Shown here: piece by piece, positions 9,367-18,220 of the stretch
Position numbering within the stretch: position 1 is the stretch's first letter
Layout of the letters: each line of letters begins with the position of its first letter
Virus record (IMG/VR): IMGVR_UViG_3300025133_000034
Reading direction: 5' to 3' (one strand)
Length of the DNA stretch: 64,000 bases
DNA from: an uncultured virus (IMG/VR IMGVR_UViG_3300025133_000034)
Taxonomy: Duplodnaviria > Heunggongvirae > Uroviricota > Caudoviricetes
Notes under the pieces: model-generated
What the model was told of the DNA's origin: nothing
The model's input: the letters and a program-made list of their open reading frames with translations, nothing else
The model's database searches: none
Made by a program: the position numbers and the translations under genes

Positions 9367-10062
9367 TTATCTTTTTCTTTGTTTTTTATTTTTAGATTTA
9401 GCTGGAGGGGTGGAATTTGGATTCAGCTCTTGGCGAGCTTGGACGTCTTCTGGAGTTTCACCGGTTTTAGTAGCTATCATATCATCGATACTTAAATTAA
9501 TTGCGTCCAATCCTTTAGAAATCGTCGGTTGCGACTGACCTAATAAAGCAATTATTTGTTGTATCAACGCGTTTGTTTGCCCTATCAGTGTTTCAAGATA
9601 CGGCGCTGAACCTCTGTTAATTGTGATGCCCAGTTTATCGGTCGTAGAAATGTCCGCAAGATCAACTTCTTGATCAATTGATTTGCCGACAAGACCGAGG
9701 GCGGCGCCGCCGGCGAGGCCGCGGGTAATGCCAGAAGATGCTGCGCCGGCGCCCACTGCAGTTCCTGTCCCAGCGCCCTTAGGGGGGCCGGGTGTTTTTC
9801 CGCCCTTTGGCTTTATTCCCTTTATCCATCCTGCGACTCTTCCAACAACATTTTTAGAGGCGCCTACTTGTTCTTCAAGAGCCTGTACCTTATCCACAGT
9901 AGCGTCACCAAAATCAAATGTAGAAATTGGCTGCGCCATATCGAATTCGGGGCCCAGTAAACGACTAAGAGCCGACTCCACAGGCGAATCGCCATATTCC
10001 TTGACTAAAATATCAATTTCATCTAAAAAGTTCTTTACTACTTCTTCTACAGTTTGAGTCAT
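9367..10062 (-). CDS. Hypothetical protein with a Gly/Ala-rich segment, probably virion-associated
   Basis: 231-aa ORF preceded by the ACTATTTA motif. Confidence 0.7.
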   Translation of the reverse strand: MTQTVEEVVKNFLDEIDILVKEYGDSPVESALSRLLGPEFDMAQPISTFDFGDATVDKVQALEEQVGASKNVVGRVAGWIKGIKPKGGKTPGPPKGAGTGTAVGAGAASSGITRGLAGGAALGLVGKSIDQEVDLADISTTDKLGITINRGSAPYLETLIGQTNALIQQIIALLGQSQPTISKGLDAINLSIDDMIATKTGETPEDVQARQELNPNSTPPAKSKNKKQRKR

Positions 10063-10067
10063 AATAA

Positions 10068-11012
10068 TTAAATATCCTGTATTCTATTTATTAAATAGTT
10101 ATCTAATGTCAAAATGCCTGCAGAGTCTTTGCGTCTTTGAAATTCTTTTTTTGTCATCTCTCCAACATCGCCATATGGTCTGACGTCAATATTATATATT
10201 TCAACGTCGTATTTTAACAAGAGTTTAATTATCTTATCAGCTTTCTTTTTTGCATCAGAGTCCAGCGCTAAATATACAGGCGCGCTATTTTGAACTATTT
10301 CCTTAAAAAGTCTAGACTGCTCAGTCAGAGTAGAACCGAGCAAAGGTATCGAATTATAGCCGGCTTTTATCGCGTCGAACACCCCCTCGACGATGGTTAT
10401 ATCATCATCAAAGTCCGTATATAAATGATTAAAAATCATATTTTTCGGAGCTTTCGGGTTTTTATATTTGGGCCAAGAATTATTGTATGATCTCCCGATA
10501 CAGTAATTTATATCGCCGTCTAAATCAAAGGACGGAACGATAACGCGGCCGGCGTATTCTCCATCAGCAGTATATCCGATTTTCCACTTAAGAATATCTG
10601 ATTTTGTTAGTCCTCTGCTTTCCAGATAATTCAAAGGGTACTTAGAACTTGTTGGCAAAGATTTGTTGGCCAAAGAAACAAACCCGCAAGGTAACTCAAT
10701 TTTATGCTTTACATCCGGGTTGGATGTCTCGCCAAAAAGCTTTTCGGCAAAGTCATTGACTTCAACCTGTTGGTTGAAGCGCCTCCATATTTGTTTTTGT
10801 TGATAATTACCATAACTTCTTATGATCCTATACAAATTTCGTCCGGACCAATCACACACCCAGCACTTAAAAAGCCCCTTCTCCACGTTGATAGAAAGTT
10901 TCTTCTTGTGGTGTTCACACTTCGGACAAGCAAACAAAAGTTGACTTGCGCCTTCTCTATAAAAAGACCCTAGGACTTCTTCTAAAATATCTATTTTTTC
11001 AGTTTCTGACAC
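10068..11012 (-). CDS. dnaG: DNA primase (zinc finger + TOPRIM; DnaG/gp61-like)
   Basis: CPKC...KCWVC zinc finger, KYKNP, IVEGVFDAI, LALDSDA and DVGE. The probable start is GTG at 11012. Confidence 0.9.
   Translation of the reverse strand: MSETEKIDILEEVLGSFYREGASQLLFACPKCEHHKKKLSINVEKGLFKCWVCDWSGRNLYRIIRSYGNYQQKQIWRRFNQQVEVNDFAEKLFGETSNPDVKHKIELPCGFVSLANKSLPTSSKYPLNYLESRGLTKSDILKWKIGYTADGEYAGRVIVPSFDLDGDINYCIGRSYNNSWPKYKNPKAPKNMIFNHLYTDFDDDITIVEGVFDAIKAGYNSIPLLGSTLTEQSRLFKEIVQNSAPVYLALDSDAKKKADKIIKLLLKYDVEIYNIDVRPYGDVGEMTKKEFQRRKDSAGILTLDNYLINRIQDI
10092..10099 (-). promoter_or_regulatory. Candidate late promoter ACTATTTA
   Basis: About 30 nt upstream of the ATG at 10062, inside the 3' end of the primase gene. 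Confidence 0.5.
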
Positions 11013-11509
11013 TGCAGCCAACCAGCCTTTGCGACGACCCAACTATCCGCCTTGTCATAACATTGCGGTTTAGGATTTCCATGCTTAGTATATTCTATAA
11101 GAACATCTGGTACAGAATCAATAATATATTTTAAAACAACCTCTTTTGCCTTTTGGCCCCTAGGTACTCTAATTCCACACTGTTTTCTAGCAGAGGTGGC
11201 AGCTACATATTGTGGCTCAAGGCCCCAGATTTCATAGCAGATCCAAGATACCACACCGTTAAAGCGCGCCAAAGTAGAAAGTGTTTTGGCTGACGAAAAC
11301 CCAGAACGAAAAGATTGCAAAGATTGTTCTATGTATATTGCTTCTGGATCAATAATTAACTTCTCTAATTTATCCTTTACAACCTCTATCTTATCAAAGA
11401 AATTTTTATATTTTCTAGTATCGATAGCAAAATTATATTCTATACTGCCATCTTCTGATAAAACAGTGACACCTGTTATGCTGGTGCTTATATCTAAACC
11501 TAAAATCAT
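10991..11509 (-). CDS. RuvC-like Holliday junction resolvase
   Basis: RNase H-fold acidic motifs ILGLDISTSITG, IYIEQ and DKADS. Confidence 0.85.
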   Translation of the reverse strand: MILGLDISTSITGVTVLSEDGSIEYNFAIDTRKYKNFFDKIEVVKDKLEKLIIDPEAIYIEQSLQSFRSGFSSAKTLSTLARFNGVVSWICYEIWGLEPQYVAATSARKQCGIRVPRGQKAKEVVLKYIIDSVPDVLIEYTKHGNPKPQCYDKADSWVVAKAGWLQCQKLKK

Positions 11510-11524
11510 GTAAGGTATATTCTA

Positions 11525-12721
11525 CTATATATCTAGCTTGAGTTTAAATGTATAGCCTCTTTCTTCTAATTTTCTTACTGGGTTGGCGAGGCCCGCGATG
11601 GCAATTAAATTCCTATCCTTGTCATATATGCCGATCTTTGAAATATAGGTCACAGGCTGGAAGCTGGCACTATAGTTTTTATAGCTACTAGAAACAATAT
11701 TTTTAATTTTTACCTGAGTATCTTGGTGATAATATACAGAACTAGAAATAGAATTCTTAACGCTAAAACTTCTTGTTAAGAACGTCGGATTATTAGAAAA
11801 ATTATTTTGTCCTTCCTTAGCATGTGCAAACATTGTAACGGTGTTAATATAGTCTAAACCATTAAATTCTAAATTAAAGCTTGAACCAGAAAGTCCCTGA
11901 GCTGACCCGGTTGCACCAAAATAATGCCAAGAAGGGTTGGTGAGGCTGGGAAGGTTCGGCGGCTCTCCTGTCATAGGATCATGATAGTCTGTACTTGAAG
12001 ATAGGGCCGCACTGGCTGTTAATATAATAAAGCCCTCATTATATAATACCACCCCAACAACACTACCTGTAGTAGAACCGGAAGTCTGGTAAAGGTTGCC
12101 GTTGCGATTGGTATCAGATGCCTCTGCCAACAATGATCCCGTAAGATAATATTTTAATTTTACACTACCCTTCTTTATGCTTGAACCATAGAAAATAGAC
12201 GGAATACTAATAATATTTAATTTTTGTAAGCTTTTATCTCCTAAGGAAGAAGAGTAGGCATAATGAGGGCTTAACACTGTGTGATAATCTAAAGTGGATT
12301 TTAAAGCATACACAACTCTTTTCTTTGCGTCAGTAAGAGAGGTACCATATCTATCGATAGATATTCCTGCTAGAAGTGGATAGGATCCTGTTATAGACTC
12401 ACCATAAACAAAATCATTATTAAATGAATCTGTGCTTACAGTCTTAAAGCTCGAAAAAGATCCATTTTTAGTAATGAAAGGATATATCATCTGTGGATCA
12501 GTACTTGAAGACACCAAATTACGATTGGTACTTAGTTCATATAAATTAATCTTTCCATTAGGTGTATGAAAATTTTGTGCATTCTGGTTCTCTTCATTAT
12601 AATAAATTGAACTAGAATAAATTAAAAAACTAACTTTTGGATAGGTCTTAATCCTGTTATGAAATATATCAGATTTTTCAAACTTATGAAAAGTTCCATA
12701 CTGTGGGGTGTGTGACGACAT
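11525..12721 (-). CDS. Virion structural protein (baseplate/tail-collar-like), Ser-rich
   Basis: The C-terminal YISKIGIYDKDRNLIAIAGLANPVRK...FKLKLDI is paralogous to the neighbouring gene; lies in the structural module. Confidence 0.7.
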   Translation of the reverse strand: MSSHTPQYGTFHKFEKSDIFHNRIKTYPKVSFLIYSSSIYYNEENQNAQNFHTPNGKINLYELSTNRNLVSSSTDPQMIYPFITKNGSFSSFKTVSTDSFNNDFVYGESITGSYPLLAGISIDRYGTSLTDAKKRVVYALKSTLDYHTVLSPHYAYSSSLGDKSLQKLNIISIPSIFYGSSIKKGSVKLKYYLTGSLLAEASDTNRNGNLYQTSGSTTGSVVGVVLYNEGFIILTASAALSSSTDYHDPMTGEPPNLPSLTNPSWHYFGATGSAQGLSGSSFNLEFNGLDYINTVTMFAHAKEGQNNFSNNPTFLTRSFSVKNSISSSVYYHQDTQVKIKNIVSSSYKNYSASFQPVTYISKIGIYDKDRNLIAIAGLANPVRKLEERGYTFKLKLDI

Positions 12722-12733
12722 CTCTTGCCCCCC

Positions 12734-13822
12734 TTAGTAATCGAGCCTAACCCTCAAAGTTAATTCAGTATTCGGATCTTTTCGAATCGGTTCTGACAAT
12801 TTAGCTACAGCTAGAAGCTCGTTGTCTGGCGAGTAGAGCCCAACAGAGGTAATATAGCTCACCGGTAAATCGCTTACATTATTTTTAACAACAATCTTGC
12901 TACCAGAAATATATGTCGGGTTGGCGCTGTAATTGTACTCATTATGATTGACGCGACAGAAATATATTGCAGAATTTAGTTCTATTGTGTTATTAAAATC
13001 TATATCATTGACCATGTGCCTAAAGCCATTAGCTAGTTTATCTATAGTAGAAGATGTTTGAGCGTGATTAATTCCGGTATTGGCGCCGCCATAGCCGCCA
13101 ATGGCGGTCTCATCTCCGGGCGCGCCGAATTCCTCTAGGAATAATGAGGAGGTTAAAGCAACTATCCCAGCTTGATAAAAAACCAAACCCTTACATGCTG
13201 TGCTTGTCGCTGACGAAGTTGTATCTGCGGAGGAAGTATAAATCAACCCATAATCACCTGCAGGACATGTACGATACTCCGTTGCAGAACCATAATCTCC
13301 TAGTGTTATGAGTCCAGTTCTAGCGGTACCGTTTCCTTCTACGGTGCCAGAAGTATATAATTTAAGTCTATAAGAACCTTTTTTGATTTCATCTTTAACC
13401 AACAAACGAGAATTGTTAATAAAGAAGCAATGATTCATAATCTGGCCTGCGCCGTCGATGGTACCGTCAGATTCAAATTTTCGAATAGTGCCGCTGACAT
13501 TGTATCCCAGCAAAACTTGAGCCATTTGATTATAGATATTTAATTTTTTTGCATTCTGTGTGTTTGCAGAAGAGCTTGCATTTGAACTGCATCCATAAGA
13601 TACATCAAAAATATGATTCGCTGAAGAGCTTAAATACGGATAATCGTAAACAGATTGATACATCCCATGAGAGAAGGTCTTAATATTTAATTCGGTACCG
13701 CCGGCACCGCCGGCTTGATAAGTTCCGGAGCTTATAGTACCAGTAATAGGGATCGCTTCGTGAAGAAGAGTTCTTGTAGTTACTGTATCATCTCCCAACA
13801 ATGGTTTAAAAGTTTTAGCCAT
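12734..13822 (-). CDS. Virion structural protein (baseplate/tail-collar-like)
   Basis: C-terminal YNYSANPTY...YITSVGLYSPDNELLAVAKLSEPIRKD...LRVRLDY. Confidence 0.7.
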   Translation of the reverse strand: MAKTFKPLLGDDTVTTRTLLHEAIPITGTISSGTYQAGGAGGTELNIKTFSHGMYQSVYDYPYLSSSANHIFDVSYGCSSNASSSANTQNAKKLNIYNQMAQVLLGYNVSGTIRKFESDGTIDGAGQIMNHCFFINNSRLLVKDEIKKGSYRLKLYTSGTVEGNGTARTGLITLGDYGSATEYRTCPAGDYGLIYTSSADTTSSATSTACKGLVFYQAGIVALTSSLFLEEFGAPGDETAIGGYGGANTGINHAQTSSTIDKLANGFRHMVNDIDFNNTIELNSAIYFCRVNHNEYNYSANPTYISGSKIVVKNNVSDLPVSYITSVGLYSPDNELLAVAKLSEPIRKDPNTELTLRVRLDY

Positions 13823-13833
13823 AATTTTCTATC

Positions 13834-15039
13834 CTATTGAATTTTTATAAAGCGCACTGGAATATCGATTCTGGCGCCGGTATTTGCTCCGATAACACGC
13901 ACAGCTGTATCTAACCAGTATGTTGTTTTACCATTGACGGCTGCGTCTGTTCCAGCGTCTGAATCGCCGTCGCCATTTTGTAATCCAGTTATTGTGCTAT
14001 CTATACCTACGCCGATGGCCTCTGAGAATCCAAGCTGTTCGAACAAATACGTTGAACTTTGTAATTCTGCGGAAGCCTGGATTCTAAAGTGCAGAGTGCT
14101 ACCTCTGGGGCCTTGATGCGTCTGAACCCTGTGCGCGGTGTAGGCGTCCGCGGACGACCTGGTCTCAAGGTAGGGCTCTTTGCCAGGATATGGGTTTACA
14201 AACTTATTATCAGTCAAATAGTAGGTTGCAATATTATCATCGTCAATAAAATTGACTGGAGCTATGTCCGCATTCTTGGTGGCTTTAACTCTTCCAAGTC
14301 TATAATCCATCTCAACAATGTACGCAGTTTCCAATAAATCTGAGTCCATACCTATTTGTGGGCTTATCTGGACTGTATTCAAACCCTGATCCACACGAAT
14401 CATAGTTGTGGCGTCAACTTTATAGCCGGGATCGCTGTCAGAGGGGGCATACCCCATCAAGACTCCATCAATTTCCGAGGACGGATCGAGCGCGAAGCCC
14501 GCGCCTGTGTCGCCCGCTTCGCGGGACCACGTCAGCGCGTAATGAGTGTCTGCGTCAACTGCAACATAAAAACCTTCGAAGGAAGGCGAATTATCTAGCT
14601 TGGGATTACCGGTGCCGGTCGTGCTTTGGCCTGTGTACCCGGGTTGACCGGTAGTGGTGTTGGTCCACATTTTGCCCATGCGCCTGAAAAATTTTGAAGA
14701 AGCCTTCTGGGCGCCGCCAGTGGCGTTTGCATGTACTTGATTTAGTCTTAAAGTCGGCATGTATAGCACATTAGTCCTATTCATTGTCATCAACTTTGAT
14801 TTAATTTGGCCTGAGTTATTAGTAAACGCCTCTAATATCGGCGTTTGCAATATCTCTAGATCGTAGTATGCACTACCGCTAGCATGATTTTTGTTATACA
14901 AACCATAATTTATTTCATCGTCGCCTAACGCAAACTTTGCGATCTTAAAACTACCATCGCCCTGAGCTAATCTTAAGCGACCAGTGTCTGTTAGTACAGC
15001 GTCAAGAATAATATCTCCTGAATTATCCAAAAAAGCCAT
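13834..15039 (-). CDS. Virion structural protein with a tail-collar/fibre-attachment-like N-terminus
   Basis: DAVLTDTGRLRLAQGDGSFKIAKFALGDDEINY; AAGGAG RBS and the ACTATTTA motif upstream. Confidence 0.7.
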   Translation of the reverse strand: MAFLDNSGDIILDAVLTDTGRLRLAQGDGSFKIAKFALGDDEINYGLYNKNHASGSAYYDLEILQTPILEAFTNNSGQIKSKLMTMNRTNVLYMPTLRLNQVHANATGGAQKASSKFFRRMGKMWTNTTTGQPGYTGQSTTGTGNPKLDNSPSFEGFYVAVDADTHYALTWSREAGDTGAGFALDPSSEIDGVLMGYAPSDSDPGYKVDATTMIRVDQGLNTVQISPQIGMDSDLLETAYIVEMDYRLGRVKATKNADIAPVNFIDDDNIATYYLTDNKFVNPYPGKEPYLETRSSADAYTAHRVQTHQGPRGSTLHFRIQASAELQSSTYLFEQLGFSEAIGVGIDSTITGLQNGDGDSDAGTDAAVNGKTTYWLDTAVRVIGANTGARIDIPVRFIKIQ

Positions 15040-15061
15040 TTGTTATACTCCTTTTCTCTAT

Positions 15062-15069
15062 TAAATAGT
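15062..15069 (-). promoter_or_regulatory. Candidate late promoter ACTATTTA with an A-rich upstream tract
   Basis: In the largest intergenic gap, about 23 nt upstream of the ATG at 15039. Confidence 0.55.
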
Positions 15070-15122
15070 TATGAATGTTTTTATTTTCTTGTTTTGTTTT
15101 TTAAACAAGCTTGTTGTTATCA

Positions 15123-18100
15123 TTATTGATCTTCATCAATTTTTTTCTCATACGAAAAATTAATATCTATCTTCTTTCCAGTCCCTTTTGACACCAATCT
15201 CAACTTATATCTTTTCTTTTTATTCTGTGTAGAAAATATTCCATCTACCTCTTCATCTTCAGAAAAATATAATTGTTTTAAATTTGGTTTAATATATATA
15301 TATTTTTGACACTCTCTCATATAAGTCTTTGGCCAGCTGGGCTCAAAATTGAAAAGATTTATAAGAGGCTTGACTGCTCCTTTTTCATCTATAAGCTCTA
15401 CCTCATAAATAGGCGATGGATTTGATATATGGTTGTGGTCGTCAATTGCTCTAAATGTATAGTAATATTTAGTATTTGGTAATATAGTTTCTTCAAAAAC
15501 TGCTGGTATAAAATCTTTATATAATTCAAAGTCTTGGAAGGAACTAGGTTTATTGCGTGTCCTGAATATCTGAAATCTAGTAACCGGATCATCGTTAGCG
15601 AACTCCACCGGAGCATCGAGGTTGTCATCAGTGCCGGCCAATGGGAAAACTAATTGTGATTTCTTTACCAAATCAAATTTCTCTTTATCACTATTAAGAA
15701 TTAAAATTGGTTTTTCCTTCATTCTACCAGACGTTCCGGTAAAAATAAATTTTAATTTATCGCTCACAGCCCGATAGGGTACGATATTAACATCAGGAGG
15801 CATAGGGGGCTTATCCATTATATAAACTTCTGGAGTTGAAAACAACTTATCTTCAATTATTTGGATTGATGGTTCTACAGTAACAAGAAATTTAGCTATA
15901 AAATTAAATGTTTCATTACTAGAATTCTCGGTGATTGTGAGGCCGGTGAAATACGGGGCGAAGTCAAATCCCTGCCCGGGCGCAGGGGCCGGGGGAAGAG
16001 CGCCGGCCTCTGAATAGATTGACATACCATAATTTTGGTGGACGTCTTCATAATCAAACCCCGGGGCGCCATCGGCAGTAGTCTGGCTACCCCAACGATA
16101 TTTATATTTACTTCCGAATACAGCACGAAGAGTATAAACATCGTATTTGTATGTTGCCTGATCAGAATATTTTAGTTGTGTATCCACATATCTAGCTATG
16201 TCTAATTCTGATGTGTTCGGAATTAAAATTTCTTGCAACACTGTCCATTCGGCGCCCTCTGTTCGATCTTTTTTGTATTTTACAATTTTATAAAATACGT
16301 CCTCAGTATATGCCGGCTTACCTTTTAGAATATCAAAATAGCTTCTTCTATTGTTTTTATAAATCTTAAGAATCTTGGCATAGAAAGCGGAGCCGCACAG
16401 TGTTCTAAATACAGTATTCTCATCACTAATTAATTTAACTGGATCTTTAAAATCATCTCGTACAAAAGTTACGTAATTTCTAACATCTCCGTAAAATTCG
16501 TCATCGGAGGTGGACGGGTAGTCGGCATCTTTGTGTGGCCACAAAGCATCGGGGCCGGCGGCTTGCCAGCTGGCCCAGGCCTTCGAGTTGTCAATAAAGT
16601 TGCCCATAGTTCTTTGTAAATCAAGCGTCTTTTTTACATTTGGCTCAGTTAACACATGTTCATCATAATCCAGCTCAGCATGCTTTATGTCTTTGTATAT
16701 TTTTTCTTCTGAATATTCTATAAATTTTTTGGGCGGCCCCAGATCAGGGACTTCATCCCAATGGTCCGGGTAGGATCCGCCCGGGTTCCAGTCATCTTGA
16801 ATTCCATACCGATATGGATGTGGATCTGCGGGGTTCCATTTAGAAGCCATGGCCTTATAGGACAGATATCTCGTCAAAAAAAGATCCTTCATTAAATCGC
16901 CTATACTTGTGAGCCTCTTTGCTGTAAATTGTAGATCAACATAATAAGGAAAATATTTTTTATATTGATCAACCTTATCCATAATCGGAATGAAATTAGG
17001 ACTAAAAGCAATCTTGCTCATTATTCTTTCTAAAGCTTGGATTTTGCTATATCGACGGGCGACCGACGCTCCATGGATCCATGAATATCCAGCCCCCTCG
17101 TTGCCTGAGTTGCCTGTAATCATTGCAGAAAAAGTATCAAAATAGTCTTCAAATAGTGCGCTAGCGTCATGTTTGGAAAAATCAAGACTAATAATTTTTT
17201 CTAGTATCTGGTTATTAACTCGGTTTGTATCGTTGTTTAGTTGTTCTGTTGAATACATGCTTATGGCGCCATATAAAAGAATTGCAGTTTCTAGAGGATA
17301 TTTCTGGAACAGAGTCTGATATACATTTTTTTTAGTCCGATTCTTCGTGCTCTTCGATCCCATGGGTTTTGTCGCCTGTCCCGAAGGTGTTCTCCATGCA
17401 TTCATATATTCTAACAGTTTGGTTAATTCAAAATTCCCATCTTCCAACAGTAAATCATTTTTTACAAGGCGCAAAAAACCATATATACTGGGGATGGAGT
17501 TATTTATGTTAGGTCGACTGGCCAACGCGCTTTCAAATGGTTTGCTGTCTAATCTTTCATTGTAATATGTCTTATAATCAGCGTAATAAGCCTTGCCGGC
17601 AGGTTGTTTCTTTTCTAACTCCAGAGGAGTGAACGGTATAAACGTAGAATGATAATGATCATGAAAATAATAATCAGCTTTAATAACGGGGGCATACCCA
17701 GTGCCTGAACTTGGAATTCCCTGGAGGCCGGCTTTCACGTAAGCTAGCCAATTAAGCATCATGGTGTTGGCATTAACTGCGCCTGATTCTAGTGTAACGG
17801 GTTTAGATTTTATAACAACTGTTTGATGTAATATTAAAGGGTTTTCAGAATCTTCCCATGGGGCGCTGCAGCCTTCTTGGTCTGAATCGCTGGACCCATC
17901 GGTGGATCCATTTAAAGGAGGATGAAATTCAATTGGCTGATCGCCAAAAGATTTGAATTTGTCAAAATAATTATTAAAGGGTTGTGCAGAGTCCTGGTGA
18001 TAGTCCCAAATTCTTGCAGTGACGACACGCACCTTGTCGACAGCTGTAGAAGAGTTGAAATATGTTCCGTGGTGGACGTTTTCTCCTAAAGATTGGTGTA

Positions 18101-18197
18101 ATATTGTAAAATCAGAATTTGTTCTTTTAGCATTGAAAAATGCCGATTCATCTATTACTCTTTTTCTTTTTCCAACTATTTCATAATCTTCTGCCAT
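15123..18197 (-). CDS. Large structural protein with C-terminal FN3-like modules, 1024 aa
   Basis: FQIFRT...ILPNTKYYYTFRAIDDHNHISNPS and YVDTQLKYSDQATYKYDV resemble fibronectin type III strands. Confidence 0.65.
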   Translation of the reverse strand: MAEDYEIVGKRKRVIDESAFFNAKRTNSDFTILHQSLGENVHHGTYFNSSTAVDKVRVVTARIWDYHQDSAQPFNNYFDKFKSFGDQPIEFHPPLNGSTDGSSDSDQEGCSAPWEDSENPLILHQTVVIKSKPVTLESGAVNANTMMLNWLAYVKAGLQGIPSSGTGYAPVIKADYYFHDHYHSTFIPFTPLELEKKQPAGKAYYADYKTYYNERLDSKPFESALASRPNINNSIPSIYGFLRLVKNDLLLEDGNFELTKLLEYMNAWRTPSGQATKPMGSKSTKNRTKKNVYQTLFQKYPLETAILLYGAISMYSTEQLNNDTNRVNNQILEKIISLDFSKHDASALFEDYFDTFSAMITGNSGNEGAGYSWIHGASVARRYSKIQALERIMSKIAFSPNFIPIMDKVDQYKKYFPYYVDLQFTAKRLTSIGDLMKDLFLTRYLSYKAMASKWNPADPHPYRYGIQDDWNPGGSYPDHWDEVPDLGPPKKFIEYSEEKIYKDIKHAELDYDEHVLTEPNVKKTLDLQRTMGNFIDNSKAWASWQAAGPDALWPHKDADYPSTSDDEFYGDVRNYVTFVRDDFKDPVKLISDENTVFRTLCGSAFYAKILKIYKNNRRSYFDILKGKPAYTEDVFYKIVKYKKDRTEGAEWTVLQEILIPNTSELDIARYVDTQLKYSDQATYKYDVYTLRAVFGSKYKYRWGSQTTADGAPGFDYEDVHQNYGMSIYSEAGALPPAPAPGQGFDFAPYFTGLTITENSSNETFNFIAKFLVTVEPSIQIIEDKLFSTPEVYIMDKPPMPPDVNIVPYRAVSDKLKFIFTGTSGRMKEKPILILNSDKEKFDLVKKSQLVFPLAGTDDNLDAPVEFANDDPVTRFQIFRTRNKPSSFQDFELYKDFIPAVFEETILPNTKYYYTFRAIDDHNHISNPSPIYEVELIDEKGAVKPLINLFNFEPSWPKTYMRECQKYIYIKPNLKQLYFSEDEEVDGIFSTQNKKKRYKLRLVSKGTGKKIDINFSYEKKIDEDQ

Positions 18198-18220
18198 AAT
18201 TTACCTCTTCTTATCAGTCT

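Noticed and set aside
15071..15120. Intrinsic terminator after the 1024-aa gene
   Set aside because: The palindrome has no loop or GC stem and is followed by an A-tract, not a U-tract, on the coding strand.
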